IMG/VR virus record: IMGVR_UViG_3300044734_000048
Span: 1 to 58,066 of that record
Origin: a virus
Lineage: Duplodnaviria > Caudoviricetes
DNA: 58,066 nucleotides
Reading direction: 5' to 3' (one strand)
This document shows, in pieces, positions 56,846-58,066 of this stretch. The translations under genes and the position numbers were made by a program. Under the pieces are notes generated by a model. The model did not search any database. It saw only the letters and a list, made by a program, of their open reading frames with translations, and was not told where the DNA came from. Each line of letters begins with the position of its first letter. Position 1 is the first letter of the stretch.

Positions 56846-58066
56846 ATGAATAATCGCTTCTCCCGCTTTATGACAGCCCTTGTCCTGGCCCTTAGTCTGT
56901 GGACGAGCGCTATCAACGCCGTTGCTGTTCCGGCTCGTAGTCAGCAACAGGATCAGCAGACGACCGCAGCGCAACAGGATTCTAAAAATAAGCAAGACAA
57001 CAAGACGACGCAGACTGCCGCTCCTGCTCCGCCGAGCAACGGCAACGGCAAGCCGCTCGCACCCGATGAAGACCCCGCGCTCATAGGCAAGCGCAAGATC
57101 AACGGCGGCTTCTTCTCGTGGATGGCAGGCGGGATGGAGAAAGAGGTCGCGCTGGGTCGCTACCTGGCAGCAGAGATAGACAGAGAGGCGAAGTTCATAG
57201 ACGACCCTGTGATTACGGAGTATGTCAACCGTGTAGGCCAGAACATCGTTCTACATTCGGACGCCAAAGTGCCTTTCACCATCAAGGTGATTGACACCGA
57301 TGAAGTCAACGCCTTTGCGCTGCCGGGCGGATTCTTCTACGTCAACAAGGGATTGATTCTGGCCGCAGACAACGAGGCGGAACTCGCGGGCGTGATGGCG
57401 CACGAGATTGCCCACGTCGCTGCGCGCCACGCTATGGAGAACCAGGCCAAGGCCACGCTCGCACAGTATGGACTGCTTGCCGGTTCGATCTTCCTGGGCG
57501 GCATTCCCGGACTAATCGTCAACAACGCGGGGCCTTTCGCCGCGCTGCTGGGCTTTATGAAGTTTAGCCGGAGTGCGGAGTCTGAGGCAGATAAGCTGGG
57601 CGTGCAGTATCTCTACGCAGCCGGTTACGACCCGAACGCGCTGGCGACGATGTTTGAGAAGCTATCGGCGCAGAATAAGAAGAAGCCCGGCACTATGTCC
57701 AAGCTCTTCGCCTCGCACCCGCAGCCACCGGAGCGGCGCGCTGCTTCGCTCTCGCTCGTGGCGCGTTTCCCGGAGCGCGATGAGTACATGATTAGCACTT
57801 CCGAGTTTCAGAAGGTCAAGGCTCGATTGATGAGACTGTCTAACGCGCGTGCCACGACAGCCGGTAATATCGCATCCGACGATGATGGGACGCCCGGACG
57901 CCCGACGCTCAAGCGCCGCCAGCCGCCTGCGCCTGACTCAACCGGAACTTCCGACAGCGGCGAGACTCCATCCGAGCAGAAGCCGTCGGACCCGCCGAAG
58001 CTGAAGCACAACACGAGTGATGCGCCGACGACCCAACCTTCGACGCAGCCTAAGTCAACGCCTTAA
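56846..58066 (+). CDS. Host M48-family metalloprotease (BepA-like)
   Basis: Signal peptide; 'VNAFALPGG', HEIAH, 'ESEADKLG', 'ASHP'; GGAGG RBS. Confidence 0.93.
   Translation: MNNRFSRFMTALVLALSLWTSAINAVAVPARSQQQDQQTTAAQQDSKNKQDNKTTQTAAPAPPSNGNGKPLAPDEDPALIGKRKINGGFFSWMAGGMEKEVALGRYLAAEIDREAKFIDDPVITEYVNRVGQNIVLHSDAKVPFTIKVIDTDEVNAFALPGGFFYVNKGLILAADNEAELAGVMAHEIAHVAARHAMENQAKATLAQYGLLAGSIFLGGIPGLIVNNAGPFAALLGFMKFSRSAESEADKLGVQYLYAAGYDPNALATMFEKLSAQNKKKPGTMSKLFASHPQPPERRAASLSLVARFPERDEYMISTSEFQKVKARLMRLSNARATTAGNIASDDDGTPGRPTLKRRQPPAPDSTGTSDSGETPSEQKPSDPPKLKHNTSDAPTTQPSTQPKSTP

Overview
About 56.5 kb of a temperate, siphovirus-like prophage (no tail sheath gene; 1054-aa tape measure) followed by a GC-richer host gene for an M48 metalloprotease, which looks Acidobacteria-like (inference). 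The minus strand from about 49.0 kb to 2.8 kb carries Cro, ParB, DNA-modification, replication, membrane/lysis-like, terminase, portal, Mu-type protease, capsid, tail and fibre genes. The plus strand from 49.1 kb to 56.5 kb carries a CI/LexA-type repressor operon, early genes, excisionase and a tyrosine integrase. The left prophage end is not visible. Highlights: (1) a photoactive-yellow-protein (PYP) homologue with the chromophore Cys and an N-terminal Cys4 motif overlaps the repressor gene, between two promoters sharing a 21-nt operator, suggesting a light- or ligand-sensing input to lysogeny control; (2) a cargo-carrying IS200-family element with definable ends sits exactly between an RBS and its ATG and carries an antisense ORF relay that could restore translation; (3) a TPR protein lies back-to-back with a small secreted peptide; (4) a structured element is repeated in the late operon; (5) two fibre/spike-like proteins have Sec-type signal peptides. 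All calls come from motif recognition by eye; no database searches were run.
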